Source: Octopus sinensis
Taxonomy: Eukaryota
NCBI RefSeq assembly: GCF_006345805.1
Contig: NC_043000.1
Span: 40,362,001 to 40,426,000, forward strand
DNA length: 64,000 nt
Reading direction: 5' to 3'
Below are positions 48,462-60,979 of the stretch, in pieces. Every line of letters starts with the position of its first letter. The first letter of the stretch is position 1. Made by a program: the position numbers and the translations under genes. Below the pieces are notes generated by a model. The model made no database searches. It worked only from the letters and a program-made list of their open reading frames with translations, and was not told the DNA's origin.

Positions 48462-49623
48462 ACTATATACAGCTTGTTTAGTTAATCATTAACAACCCAG
48501 CACAATTCTTCACGTTGCTGTCCTTGTATTCGTGTGTTTCTTTTCAATTCCTCTTCCTTCTCCCGATGAGTTTTCTCTGTTCTTTGTCTTAATATGGCCG
48601 TGTCAGCATTTCGACGTAATCAAAGAATTTCAATTTCCTCTCTTACAAACTTTTAATAAGTTCATTGAATTTTAACAGTTTGCTTCAGTTTGGTTTTGCA
48701 TCTTTTTTTTTTCTTTTTACAACTCTTCACTTCCACCTACTTCCGTATCTCGCTTGTCTCTTTCCCATTCTTCCACCTCCTCCTCTTCCTCCTCCTTTTC
48801 CTCTTCTTTTCCCTTTGAACAACAGTGTGAATACTCATATATATCGAGTAGTTCAATGTTTGTTCCGTTGTCTTTATTGACCGACTGCACACAACAATGC
48901 AATAAAACTTTAGTCTCTAAAAAGACGCGAAATACGATATACATATAGTTGTAACCCTAGCTGCGTGGTTAATAATCTTTTTACTTCGAAACACATGGTC
49001 CCGAGTTCGATCATATTTCATATCAGTGCGCAGTTGTTTTTAGATTTAGTCTATAATTTGAGAGTGAAATTGTGTTGATGAAAAATGTGCAGATACCCTT
49101 CTTACACATACTTACATGCATAATCGCCAAAATTTTATAGCTTTGTGTAGCATGGCTAACTAATTAAGACGTGGATCTTGTGGTATGTTCTCGTGAGCAA
49201 ATGTTATTGTCTATGAGCACCAAGTTCTCCCATACCTTGGATGGACGGAAAATACGTAAAAGCTCGTCAAATACGTAAAACCTTATCCTGCATATCACAC
49301 ACAGTTATCCGTCTTGTGACAGGTAACTTGGGAAGTATACTTTTGCCACTATAGGTACTATCAGGAAATATTGCATAATTACAATAAGTATAATATAGAT
49401 TTTATCAACTTTATTGAAGCTTGTTCAAGATGATGAAACGAATACCAATTTTTGAAAGAAAAGCATTAATTACTTTAAAATAGAATTAAGTTAAACAAAT
49501 TTTCCGTTGTATATTTTCAATCAATATGTGTTATTTTCTAACTATTATCAACATAATCACAACCTACCCCATCGAAAACCTATCTCTATAAAATTTTAAC
49601 TACTCCATCATTTACTCCTACTG

Positions 49624-49659
<36 letters not shown>

Positions 49660-50043
49660 ATAAGTAATTCCAGGTTTATGACTGGTACTAGAAAATTAAT
49701 ATTGATAACCAATATAGCCTACAGATATTCACGGTGGGGCTGATGGCTGAAATGATGATGTTGGAGTCAGTATAGAGCGTGGCGGTGATGATGGTGTTTG
49801 TGGTGGTATTGCGAGTAGTGGTAGTTAGCAGTGGTACCAGGATAGCGCCGATGATGGAGTACATGATAGTGCCAATGGTGGTAGTATTAGGGCGGCGTTG
49901 GTAGAGGTTTTGAAGGTGGCGACGGTGAAAGAATTGATGGTGGTGTCGAATGTATTAGGGATGAAAGTAATGGCAGTAATGGCTGGTTATTGAGGCTGTG
50001 GTGATGTCAGCAGTGATGGTCTTAGTAGTGGGGTAATGCTCTG

Positions 50044-50266
<223 letters not shown>

Positions 50267-50912
50267 CAGCGTTGATGACAAAATAATGGTGCTATTGGCG
50301 ATTGCGGTAATGGTGGTGCTATTGCTGGTATTCATCATGGAGGTGGCAATACCGGTGGCGGTCGGGGTGAATTTAATGTCTTTCGGTGTTGTTTGTTGTT
50401 GTTGTTGTCGTCATTGTTTTTGTTATTGGTGTTGGTGGTGTTGGTGGTGGTGGTATTGGTGGTGGTCATGGTCATGGTCGTAGTCGTGGCGGTGGTGATA
50501 TTGATGGTGTTGGTGGTGTAGGTGATGGGAGTGATGATGATGTTGATGATATTGATGTCTAGTGTTGAAGAGTTAAAACACTGGCAATATTCAGATTGTG
50601 ATTGCGATCCAATGTTTGGATCATTTCCAGCATGTATGGATCGGTTGGGTGGGAAAACATAATGAGATTTAATTAAGTGACATTGCAGCTACCATGTTAT
50701 AATTGAACGGAAGTTGTAAGGCTTTTCTGGTAATTAACTGCAGATATAATAATTGCGTAAGTAGAGAGAAAGAGAGAGGGGAGAGGGGAAAAGAGAAAGA
50801 GATACGAAGACTGAGAGAGAGAGGAGGGAGAGAAAGGGAAGAGACAGCGAGAGAGGGGGAGAGCAAGCGGGTGAAGAAGATATGGAAGGGTTTGTAGTGA
50901 GAATAGAAGATA

Positions 50913-50982
50913 ATGATAGATAGATAGATAGAAAGAAAGATAGATAGATAGAGAGAGAGAGAGAGAGTGAGAGATAGATAGT

Positions 50983-51033
<51 letters not shown>

Positions 51034-51049
51034 GTAGATAGATAGATAG

Positions 51050-51087
<38 letters not shown>

Positions 51088-51088
51088 G

Positions 51089-51131
<43 letters not shown>

Positions 51132-51193
51132 GTAGATAGATAGATAGAGATAGATAGATAGATAGATATAGATAGATAGATAGAGATAGATAT

Positions 51194-51226
<33 letters not shown>
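50913..51226. repeat. (GATA)n array, 3' flank of the Tx1-like element
   Basis: Direct reading. Confidence 0.95.
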
Positions 51227-51227
<1 letters not shown>

Positions 51228-53066
51228 TGTTTCTTTATTAGCCACACAGGACTGCACACAGATAGAACAAATTACAAGGTAGAGCTTTTCTTTTGAAGGT
51301 TAAAAAAAAAAAAATAATAATAATAATAATAAAATAAAAAAAAAATAAAATAAAAAAGGGGGGGTCGATCAAAAGGGATCGTAAAAGGAGAGAAAGAGGA
51401 CAAAAAAAGGGGGGGGGGTTAAAAAAAAAGGGGGAGAGGAAAAAAATTGATCAATAGGGATCGTTATCACAGAAATGTCAATATGAAGTGTAAAGGGGAG
51501 GACAGGTGAGGTTTACCCGTGGAAAGAAAAGCCTACGGAAAAGACCACGGTAACCTCGGTCAATGAAGTCACATGTTATATTTCTTTTTTTTTTTTTTTT
51601 TGCAAATAAGCAACTCTCTGTATTAATTTTTACGGTTCATAGAATCATAGTCAAGGTGGCTTCGTCATTCATACGTGCCATCCTTGCTACATTCACCCAT
51701 CTTTTTTTAAAACATTCACTAGACAAAACTTGCCTCTCTACTCTCACTTTTTCTTCAAGTGATACTTGAAGAAGTGATGAGAGATTGACCAGAGAGGAAA
51801 GTGTTTGTCTCTAATCCTTTCAGACGCGTCCACAGATACATTCTTCGCCATAGCCACAAGTATGATAAAAATAGCTCTTCCTTCCCGTTTGAAGGAAGGA
51901 GGCGTGACGATATTAACGATAGCCTCGGCGGATAAACCGACACGTCCCACACGTGACAGCAGTCGTTCGACATAAGCCCACAGGTGGGAAATTGCGGACA
52001 CTGCACGATTGCGTGCAGAGCGGTTTCGTCGCTCTGCCCGCATCTCGCGGCAGGTCGGCCCCGTGTTTCTCGAGCCATGCCTATAGAGCTTATCCCGAAC
52101 GGGTAGCGCTTCTCGGTAACACCGCCAGGCCAGGGATCTCTGGAAGTTGTCCATAGGTCCCGGGCCGAAAGTCGTTTGAAACAGGCGGGTCAGGTATTCC
52201 TCGTCGACGCCCAGGTTTGCCCCGAGCTCGTTGTCGTACCTCCCCTCCACTAATCCCCTATAGAATGCTTTGGTTGTGTTGAAGTCACTCAAGGTCGACC
52301 CGGGACGGCAGAGTTGCTTGAGAGCAACGCGACACTCGCGGTGCCATTCGCCCTTCTTCGGCCTCTTTTTGATCCACGACTGTAGTTCGGTCATGGAGAC
52401 GAGTTGCGGGAATGCGTGCCTCACAAACGGCGACCACACCTGTTCACCGTCGTCTACATAGAGCCGGAGATGTCGCAGTCTCAGCGCGTGTCTGCGCATC
52501 ATCAACCACGGCATGCCCAGCCCTCCTTTTAACGGGTGTTGACAGCAAATGGATCGCGAACATCGGGACGCATCCTTTCACAAGAAGCGGAAGAGGATGC
52601 GTTCTAGTTTGGTGATGGTAGGGTCGGGACAAGGTACGACGGTCAGGCGGTAGTAGATGATGGACGCGATGTACGCGTTCACCACCTCCGCCCAACCTTT
52701 TAGGGACAGTTTCCTCTCGGCCCATTGCTGGCGAGAGTGACTACCCTACTCGTTATCTCGTTCCAGTTCTTCTCCATTTGGAGGTCCGGACCGAACCAGA
52801 CCCGAGCAACTCAACCGGGCCGTCTGTCCAGCGTCCACGACGGAGCGTTCTATGGTGGACGGCATGGGTTGCTTCTCCAGTGCCGAGTCGCAAGCCCACG
52901 ACTTTTCCGGTTGATTTTTGCTCCTGTCACCGCTTCGTAGTCTTTCAGTGTCTCGCCGACCCGCTCGATGTGCTCGTGGCTTGACACTATGACGGTGACG
53001 TCGTCCGCGTATGCAGACACGCTCGTCCCGCATCCCAATTCTCGCGGGATGCCCCTCAGACACAAA
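51227..53066 (-). mobile_element. 5'-truncated L1/Tx1-type non-LTR retrotransposon (RT C-terminal half, zf-RVT, 3' UTR), frameshifted
   Basis: GC-rich; SAYADDVTVIV, GAKINR, LGVWFGPD, KGRAEVVNAYIASIIYYRL, GGLGMPWL, and a C..C........H....C zinc knuckle (RCGQSDETALHAIVQC); 3' end AATAAAGAAACAT with no poly(A). Confidence 0.9.
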
Positions 53067-53074
53067 AGACAGAC

Positions 53075-53140
<66 letters not shown>

Positions 53141-53141
53141 G

Positions 53142-53182
<41 letters not shown>
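53067..53182. repeat. (GACA)/(GATA)n array, 5' flank of the Tx1-like element
   Basis: Direct reading. Confidence 0.95.
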
Positions 53183-53184
<2 letters not shown>

Positions 53185-55069
53185 AGGAGAAAGGAGAAAA
53201 ACAGCGTCTCAATTGGATATGTTGATTGTGAAAAAAGCAGTAAAAAGTGTGATCTGATATAAAGATAGATATATTGCAATGAATCCGGGTAGTACATATC
53301 TAGGTAATCTTAGCGAGATAGGTAATCAACGTGGGAGCACAATGGCTCAATAAGTAGTCGGTACTATGACGTTATGTCTGTGTAATTTAACAAATAGGCC
53401 TACACAGATTTCAAATATACCACATAAATAAAAATATGGAATATTTAATACAAGATATTTTAATGACTATTCACCTCATCACCTGCTGTTGAGCTAAAAA
53501 CAATTATCAAGTTATCCACAAAAACAACATACATATACGCAGAAACGCAGACACACACACGCACACACACATTTATCAAAAGGATGTGTTATAATACTAT
53601 TCCACATATACCAAATCAGCCTTACCAACAATCCAACATACCTCCATCATCAGCTGTCTCACGGATATCATTATGGGTTCGACACCTAGGCATTCAATCC
53701 GGCGGTGTCAACAGCACTAGAATAAGTGTTGTTTGGGAACAAACATATCAAAGAAACAAGCCACAACTTTCAAACACATTTACCCTACGCACAAGCGTAC
53801 CAGTAAATAAATTCAATAACTAAATTACAACCAGCCCCTAAACACGTAACGAAACAGTGACCAATCCATTAAGTTATACAAAAATTATATTCCCTACCGT
53901 TTTCCATAGTATAATATAAAAGTGAAAGCTTAATAACCACATTCATTCAATCAATCAAACTATAGGCGGGATTAAACACTAACTTTAATAAAACTACAAC
54001 AAAGAAACACACACACCAATGTACATTGCATCGGATATTAACAGTAAACCTGCAATAACTAGATTATATGCTTACTCGTGACCAATCTTAAAAATAATAA
54101 TCCCACTAGTCTTCCATAGTTACTACTATAATAAAAAAGTTAAAGCTATATATGAATCTCTCCAAAACAAAACAAACACGATTGAATTTAATTTAACTAA
54201 TAATATAATAATTATGAGTGAAATACATTGTTTTATCTTTCAAAAGTTAATAATGAAACACTGCATACTCGTTAATATATCACCACTACAAGCTATAATA
54301 TTAAATTACAAGTAACTAATAGAAACATTAAATTTTATTAAATAAGAACTAATAAAAGTATTTGTAATTAACTTTTATTATAAAGCCTTGCTATGTTTAA
54401 AGCTAATTAAAACCGTTTAAAAGATAATAAACCTCCAAGTATTAACATTTACATGTTTTATCAGATACGCGGTTCCGTTACCAATAATTTAAAAAGACTA
54501 TCTTAGATATTGATTACATAGTGCGTAATTACTACTTCCTCAATTGTCCCCGGGCTTCCATACCAAGGTCAACGCTAAGCCTGTAAGTTATGCCTAAAAG
54601 AGGTATTCCACATATTAAAACGCAACTTGACACTACTAAATAAATATAATGAGGCCCTAAGTACATGCAACCACTGTTTTTTTCATACCTTCAAATTTTA
54701 CCATAAATCTAAATGCAACCTAAATAACCACACAGCATATATCCACAACACCGCTTAGGTAACCCCCAACAACCCTACTTAACTTAATTTTTAAACTTGA
54801 CTTTTTAAACTCCTCTATCTTACTTTAAAGATCTCAATCATTTAATACTACATATATGGACATGCAAGCGAATACGTGTGTGTGTGTGCGTATAAATGTG
54901 TGTGCATCCATATTTGTGTATGTATATGTATGCGCACACATATGCGTGTATGAGTATATTTACGGATGCGCGTGAACATGCATGTATATATATATATATA
55001 TGCATGTATATATATATGCATGTATGTATGTGTATATATCTGCGTATGTATATATATCTATACCTATAT

Positions 55070-55095
55070 CTATATCTATCTATCTACCTACCTAC

Positions 55096-55167
<72 letters not shown>

Positions 55168-55174
55168 ATATATA

Positions 55175-55203
<29 letters not shown>
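55070..55203. repeat. (TCTA)n microsatellite (an empty potential target array)
   Basis: Direct reading. Confidence 0.95.
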
Positions 55204-55205
<2 letters not shown>

Positions 55206-55798
55206 ATGTATATATGTATGTATGTATGTATGTAGGTATGTATGTATGTATGTATGTATGTATGTATAAGTGTGTATATATGTATGTATACATATGCGCA
55301 CATGTATATGTACAGAGAGCCCTCTCCTTCACTTTTCCAATGAAAAGAATAGTCGCCATTAATAGGTTCCATTCTCCACGCATACACATAAGACTGACCG
55401 GGCGAATCTATAATAAAAGTCGCTGCTGTCATCGTCGTAAGATACTATAATGCATGTCAATGAAACTGGTAAGACGTAATTAAATGGCGGCATTAAGAAG
55501 AAAACTTACGACGCAATCGTTGGTGTTGTTGGAGTTATTGTTTTGTTGCTGGTTATGGTTATAATGATGATGGAGGTGATGATGATGATGATGTCAAAGG
55601 TGTTGTTATGTTTGTTGCTGCAGCTCATTGACTTACGAGGTTTCATATCTAATTAAATATCACTATCAAGCATGATTAATCTTATCATTCGTTGCAGTCC
55701 TCCTCCCTTCTACCTTCCCTTCATCTTTCTTCTCCTTTATCCTCCTCCTCGTCATCACCATCATCGTCACCGTTTCGTAGTCATCGTCGTCGTAATAC

Positions 55799-55829
<31 letters not shown>

Positions 55830-56324
55830 TTCATCATCATCGTCATCGTCGTCGTCGTTGTCACCATCATCATTATCATCATCATCTTCATTGACTTAGT
55901 TTTCAGCTTGTCCTTTTTACAAGCCGCATTTGATTATCACGATAAAACTTTAATAGGTTGTTTTTACACACACACACACACACATACACACATACACGCA
56001 TGCACGCACCTACACACAAACACACACACATATTTGTGGGTATATATATATATAATATATATATGTATTCACACATAGTGATGTAACGCATGCTTAGGTA
56101 CGTAGGTACTGGACGCAGTGCTTGCAGTGCCTACGCTTTCCAATTCTGTGAATTTTAATTATATAATATAAAAAGTAAAGTATTTTAACTTCATTATGAA
56201 AATGTAATAAATGGCTAACATTTTGATGTTAATCGAGAATAATATCTCCGGTCTTGCCAACCACAACGTATGTTTGTTACACAGGCGTTCACACATATAA
56301 GTATATAAGTATATTTGTATGTAT

Positions 56325-56368
56325 GTAAATCTGATGAAGGCTGATCATGCCGAAACGTCGAAGTTACT
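56325..56368 (+). ncRNA. Hammerhead-like motif of Penelope type
   Basis: CUGAUGA-A-GGC-UGAUCAU-GCC-GAAA-CGUC; stem I is imperfect (GUAA/UUAC offset). Confidence 0.4.
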
Positions 56369-56576
56369 GTCAACACTTTTCTTGTAAAAGAATAAGTATG
56401 TACTCAACAAAAATTATTGAGTAACCGTTTTAATGTAATCTGTTTAATGTAGAAATTGCCTTTATTATAACTTGATATAACAAAAACATTAATATAGCAA
56501 TATAAATATACGTATGTATGTATAGATATAAACATACATATATGTGTGTGTGTATACATACATATATATATATATA

Positions 56577-57559
56577 CAGGGGTTGGACAAAGTAATGGAA
56601 ACACCTAGCATCATAGCATAATATTGAAATATCTATAAAAACCGTCAAAAGCTTGTTTATTTTTATGCTTTTTGATTTATTATTAGTGTTGCTTACTGTG
56701 TTTGGCTAAAATTGCTGTTTTTTTTTCCAGATATCATCAGAAAAAGCTAACTAAAATTCATTAAAATGACAGATCTATCGGACTTACAAAGAGGTCAAAT
56801 TATTGGTACTCGTATGGCAAGTCAAACGAAAACAGCCGAAATGCTTGGTGTATCAAGAAGTGCTGTCTCGAAAGTAATGACGGCCTTTGAGAAAGAGAGA
56901 AGAACCTCCTCGTTGAAACAAAACTCTGGGAGAAAACCAAAACTTTCAGATATGGACCGTCGGACTCTTACGCGAATTGTTAGAAGGGATCACAAAAGTA
57001 CTACTCCTAAAATTACTATAGAGCTTAATGACCACCTCGAGAACCCAGTTTCCACAAAAACTGTTCGTCGGGATCTGTGCAAAGCCGGATTTCACGGGAA
57101 GGCTGTAATCAGAAAACCACTACTTTAAAAAAAAAACGTTGCAAAGCGTTTAGAGTGGAGTAAAACCCTACAGAATTGGTCCTAAGAGCAGTGGAAGAAT
57201 GTCATTTTCTCGGACGAAATGCACCAATTCACACAGCTAAAGTTGTTACTGAATGGCACGAGGAACATTCTAGTGAATTTGAACATCTTATCTGGCCACT
57301 ACAGTCCCCAGATCTCAATATTATAGAAACTTTATGGTGCATTTTAGAAAACAAGAGTCGATATCTTCTACCATCATCACTGCAAGAACTGGAGACTGTT
57401 TCAGCTGAAGAATGGGCAAAAATTCCTTTGGAAACAATTCAAACTTTATACGAGTCCATAAGTCGTAGAATTCAAGCTATAATTACTGCCAAAGGTCGTC
57501 CTACTTATATTAATATAAATTTTATTGAAATTTTAAGGTTTCCATTATTTTGTCCAACC

Positions 57560-57562
<3 letters not shown>
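56577..57562 (+). mobile_element. Tc1-family transposon with the catalytic core deleted
   Basis: TIRs CAGGGGTTGGACAAA.TAATGGAAAC, TA flanks; ORF 56766-57128 (paired/homeo-like DNA-binding region, RKP); FSDE joined directly to NAPIHTA; WPLQSPDLNIIETLW. Confidence 0.92.
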
Positions 57563-57602
<40 letters not shown>

Positions 57603-57651
57603 TTGGCAGTGGTGGCGGTAGTAACTGTAGAGTTTGTAGTGATGGTGGAGA

Positions 57652-57754
57652 TGATGATGATGAAGAAGAAGAAGAAGAAGAAGAAGAAGAAGAAGAAGAA
57701 GAAGAAGAAGAAGAAGAAGAAGAAGAAGAAGAAGAAGAAGAAGAAGAAGAAGAA

Positions 57755-57802
<48 letters not shown>

Positions 57803-57803
57803 A
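57652..57803. repeat. (GAA)n(GAT)n microsatellite
   Basis: Direct reading. Confidence 0.95.
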
Positions 57804-58989
57804 ATTATGATGATTGTGATGTTTAGACACGAGTTATTACTGATCAAACATGATCGATCGTTTTCCAGCTTTGACAACACTCAATTTCTTCTGTTAGACC
57901 CAATATGTCTAATGCTAAATTTTCTTCCAGTGACATCGCTTGTTACAAACGGCAGGATGTGATTTGATGAACATTCTGCTGTTATTTCTTTCATCTCGAA
58001 GGATGACATATTTGCTATTTCCCGATAGCTCTACGACCTACATCGACAACAAAGTTCTGATGTAGAGGAAAAAGTGGCGTGTGAGGAGGTGGAAAAAGAG
58101 GATGACAACTATAGTAGTTGTAGTAATAGTGACATTAGTAGTGGTGGTGGTGGTGGTGGTTGCCGTGAGTATATAATTAGGTTAGTCGACTTAACAATAA
58201 GAACATTTAGTAATTGTGAGGTCAATGTAAATAAGATTGGAGCAGAGGAAGAGATGGGAAATTGTTACTGAGAACAACTGTAAGTGCTTGTTCTGGAATA
58301 TAATTGACACTCTCCCACATTTGGTTGCCATTCTCTAATATTGCTGTTTATAGTCCAGTTGGTATTTATAGCAGACTCGATGTTTTCAGGCGCTTACTGT
58401 CGAGATGATGTTAATAACCCAAACTGTGTTGATACAGTCCAATTCGTGTTTATAGTCAAGATGATGTATGTGTTCTGGTTGCAAAATATAGCGATACTCT
58501 TATTTTAACCAACTGATGACATTGTTAATTATAACATTTAAATGCAAAGAAGCAAAGAAACAGAAAAAGACAGAAAAAGGGGAAAGAAAAAAGGGGGCTT
58601 AAGCAGCAGAAGATGGCGGGGAAGGGGTCAATGAGCCTCTCACCCCTGAACAAATGGTGTGGTCCACCGCGACCTGCGGTCATCACTGCGGAGAATGGCC
58701 AGCGACACTAGCTGCAGGATTTCCCCCCACCTCGCGGGGCTCATTTCTCCGACGGGCAGCTCTTTTCCCAGTTTTGCGGAGGAAATCGGCATTGCAGAGT
58801 CTGAGAATACCTGACGTCCCGACGGCGACCACCACAAACTAATAGCAACTGGCGAGGCCCCTCTGTATATTCACTTTTCTCTCTTTTGCTTTACGGGCGA
58901 CGACATCCGGGTTTTCAGCCGATGCTGCAAGGTTGGAACTGGAAAACGTGTCGCTGCACGTCGCGTTCCAGACTAGGGATCTGCCACCC

Positions 58990-59930
58990 CCCGAATGGTG
59001 CTTATATTCCAGATAGTGTTTATAGTCTAGGTAATGTTTACAGGTGGTGTTTATACAGCCCAGACAGTGTTCATCGTCCAGATTGTGTTAACACAGTGCA
59101 GATACAGTTTATAGCTCAGATTATGTTTCTATCCCCGATGGGTATTTTATTGTCTAGACAGTGTTTAAAATTCAGATTATGTATATATCCAGACGTTGTT
59201 TATTGTCCAAATGTTTATATTCCAGTTGATGTTTACAGACCAGCTGGCGCTTATAATCTAGATGGTGTTTATATTTCAGGTGCTGTTTATATTCCAAATG
59301 ATGTTTATAGTTCAGTTGACGTTTATAGTCCATATGATGTTTATAGCTCAGATGGTGTTTATATTCAAGCTGTTTATATTCCGGTTGATGCTTATAATTT
59401 AGATGGTGCTTATATTTCAGGAACTGTTTATATTCCAAATGATGTTTATTGTTCAGTTGACGTTTATAGCCCATATGATGCTTACAGTTCAGATGATGTT
59501 TATATCCGAGAAGTTGTTTATATTCTGCTGCTGTTTATAATCTAGACGGTGTTTATATTTCAGTAGGTGTTTATATTCGAGATGATGTTTATATTTCAGT
59601 TTAATATGTAGATGATGTTTATAGCTCAGATTGTGTTCATATTTGAGAAGCTTATAATATTCTAGATGATGTTTACTGACAATACGGTGTTCATAAAATA
59701 GCTGTTTCTTAATGATGTTTATAGTCTAGATGACATTGTTCAGATAGTGTTTATATCAAAATATTTTACTATTCCAGTTAGTGCTTATATTCCACATGTT
59801 GTTTATAGTTAACATTGTATGTATTGCCTATGTGGGGATTATAGCTCAGATGATGTTTGCAGTCCAGCTGATGTGTGTTATTGGTATAGGATTTTTGTAA
59901 CCCAGAAGATGCTTATAGATCAGCTGAGAT
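58990..59930. repeat. 18-bp minisatellite (consensus ~GATGTTTATA(G/T)TCCAGAT) with an ~8-mer higher-order repeat
   Basis: TGTTTATA recurs every 18 bp; the G(C/T)TTATAAT(C/T)TAGA block recurs at 59249, 59390 and 59533. Confidence 0.88.
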
Positions 59931-60036
59931 TTATAGACGAAAGTTGATCGCGACGGAATTTGAATTCAGCAAGTAAAAAGACCATAACTCAATACTGCAG
60001 GAATTTCACCCCACACTTCTCCACCTGAGTTTATCC

Positions 60037-60207
60037 TAGAGGTTCTCAACCGTTTTAATATCCGGGCCAGATTCAAAACCTGGAATTTTTTAGGGGGCCC
60101 GCACCCCAAAAAGTAAAACACAAGCAATTAAAGAAGACCGTCGAGGACCACATGAAGAATGCTTGAAGGCCACAAGCGGCCCTGGGAGCCGCGGTTGAGA
60201 ACCACTG
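60037..60207. mobile_element. hAT (Charlie-type) MITE
   Basis: TIRs TAGAGGTTCTCAACC / GGTTGAGAACCACTG; flanking 8-mers GTTTATCC and GTCTCCCC match at 5 of 8 (decayed TSD). Confidence 0.7.
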
Positions 60208-60804
60208 GTCTCCCCTTTATTCAGTTAATAATGGGAAACTATGGTTTCATATTTATAATGGATATCAATAATAATTTTCTATTTTCCGTATGTTATTAAA
60301 TCCGTATGTGTGTATAGGTTAACGTGTGGGAATGTAAATGTATGAGCACATATATGTATATGTTTATATGTTTATGCGTACATTTGCATGCGTGTATGCG
60401 TATGTTCGCATGTGTTTGTATGCGTGTGTATGCAAATGCATGTCTGAATACATATATATCAGAGTATGAATATGTATTATCGTTAATCTCATTGTGTGTA
60501 CGAACACGCAAAAATATGTTTATGCACTTAGTATGAGAAGAAATTCGAATAACGTGTTATACAATTGTGTATGAACGTGTGTATATATGTACATGCTTGT
60601 GTATGTGTGCGTGTGCGTGTGCGCGTGTAAGTTATTTGTTGAAATTCTAGTTCTCCAGGAGTTTTCTGGTTTATGTTGGTTTTGTTGTATATATTATACC
60701 ATAGATTCAAATTGCGTGGAGGAATTCTAATTCCAGTAAGGGGGTAATCCTTGCTTAGAGATTTCTTGTTTATAAATGTTTTACTGCACGCACGGACGCA
60801 CGTG

Positions 60805-60835
<31 letters not shown>

Positions 60836-60936
60836 TGTGTGTGTCATTTGAATTTAGATGCTTGGAGATACGCCAGATAAATAGATGCATCAGTGTCTTT
60901 GAGTGCGTGTGTATGTGTGTGTGTGTGTGTGTGCAC

Positions 60937-60975
<39 letters not shown>

Positions 60976-60979
<4 letters not shown>

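Noticed and set aside
53600-54830. NUMT hypothesis for the A/C-skewed region (an AMFKA match resembles ND5)
   Set aside because: The five-residue match is on the wrong compositional strand and is followed by a stop; no other mitochondrial gene, rRNA or tRNA motif was found.
57176-57826. 216-aa ORF with a poly-Glu/Asp acidic tail
   Set aside because: A Tc1 C-terminal remnant reading through the TIR into (TA)n and (GAA)n(GAT)n microsatellites.
58990-59930. CRISPR-like array (also considered for 33350-34030)
   Set aside because: Monomers are contiguous and degenerate with no unique spacers; eukaryotic context and no cas genes.
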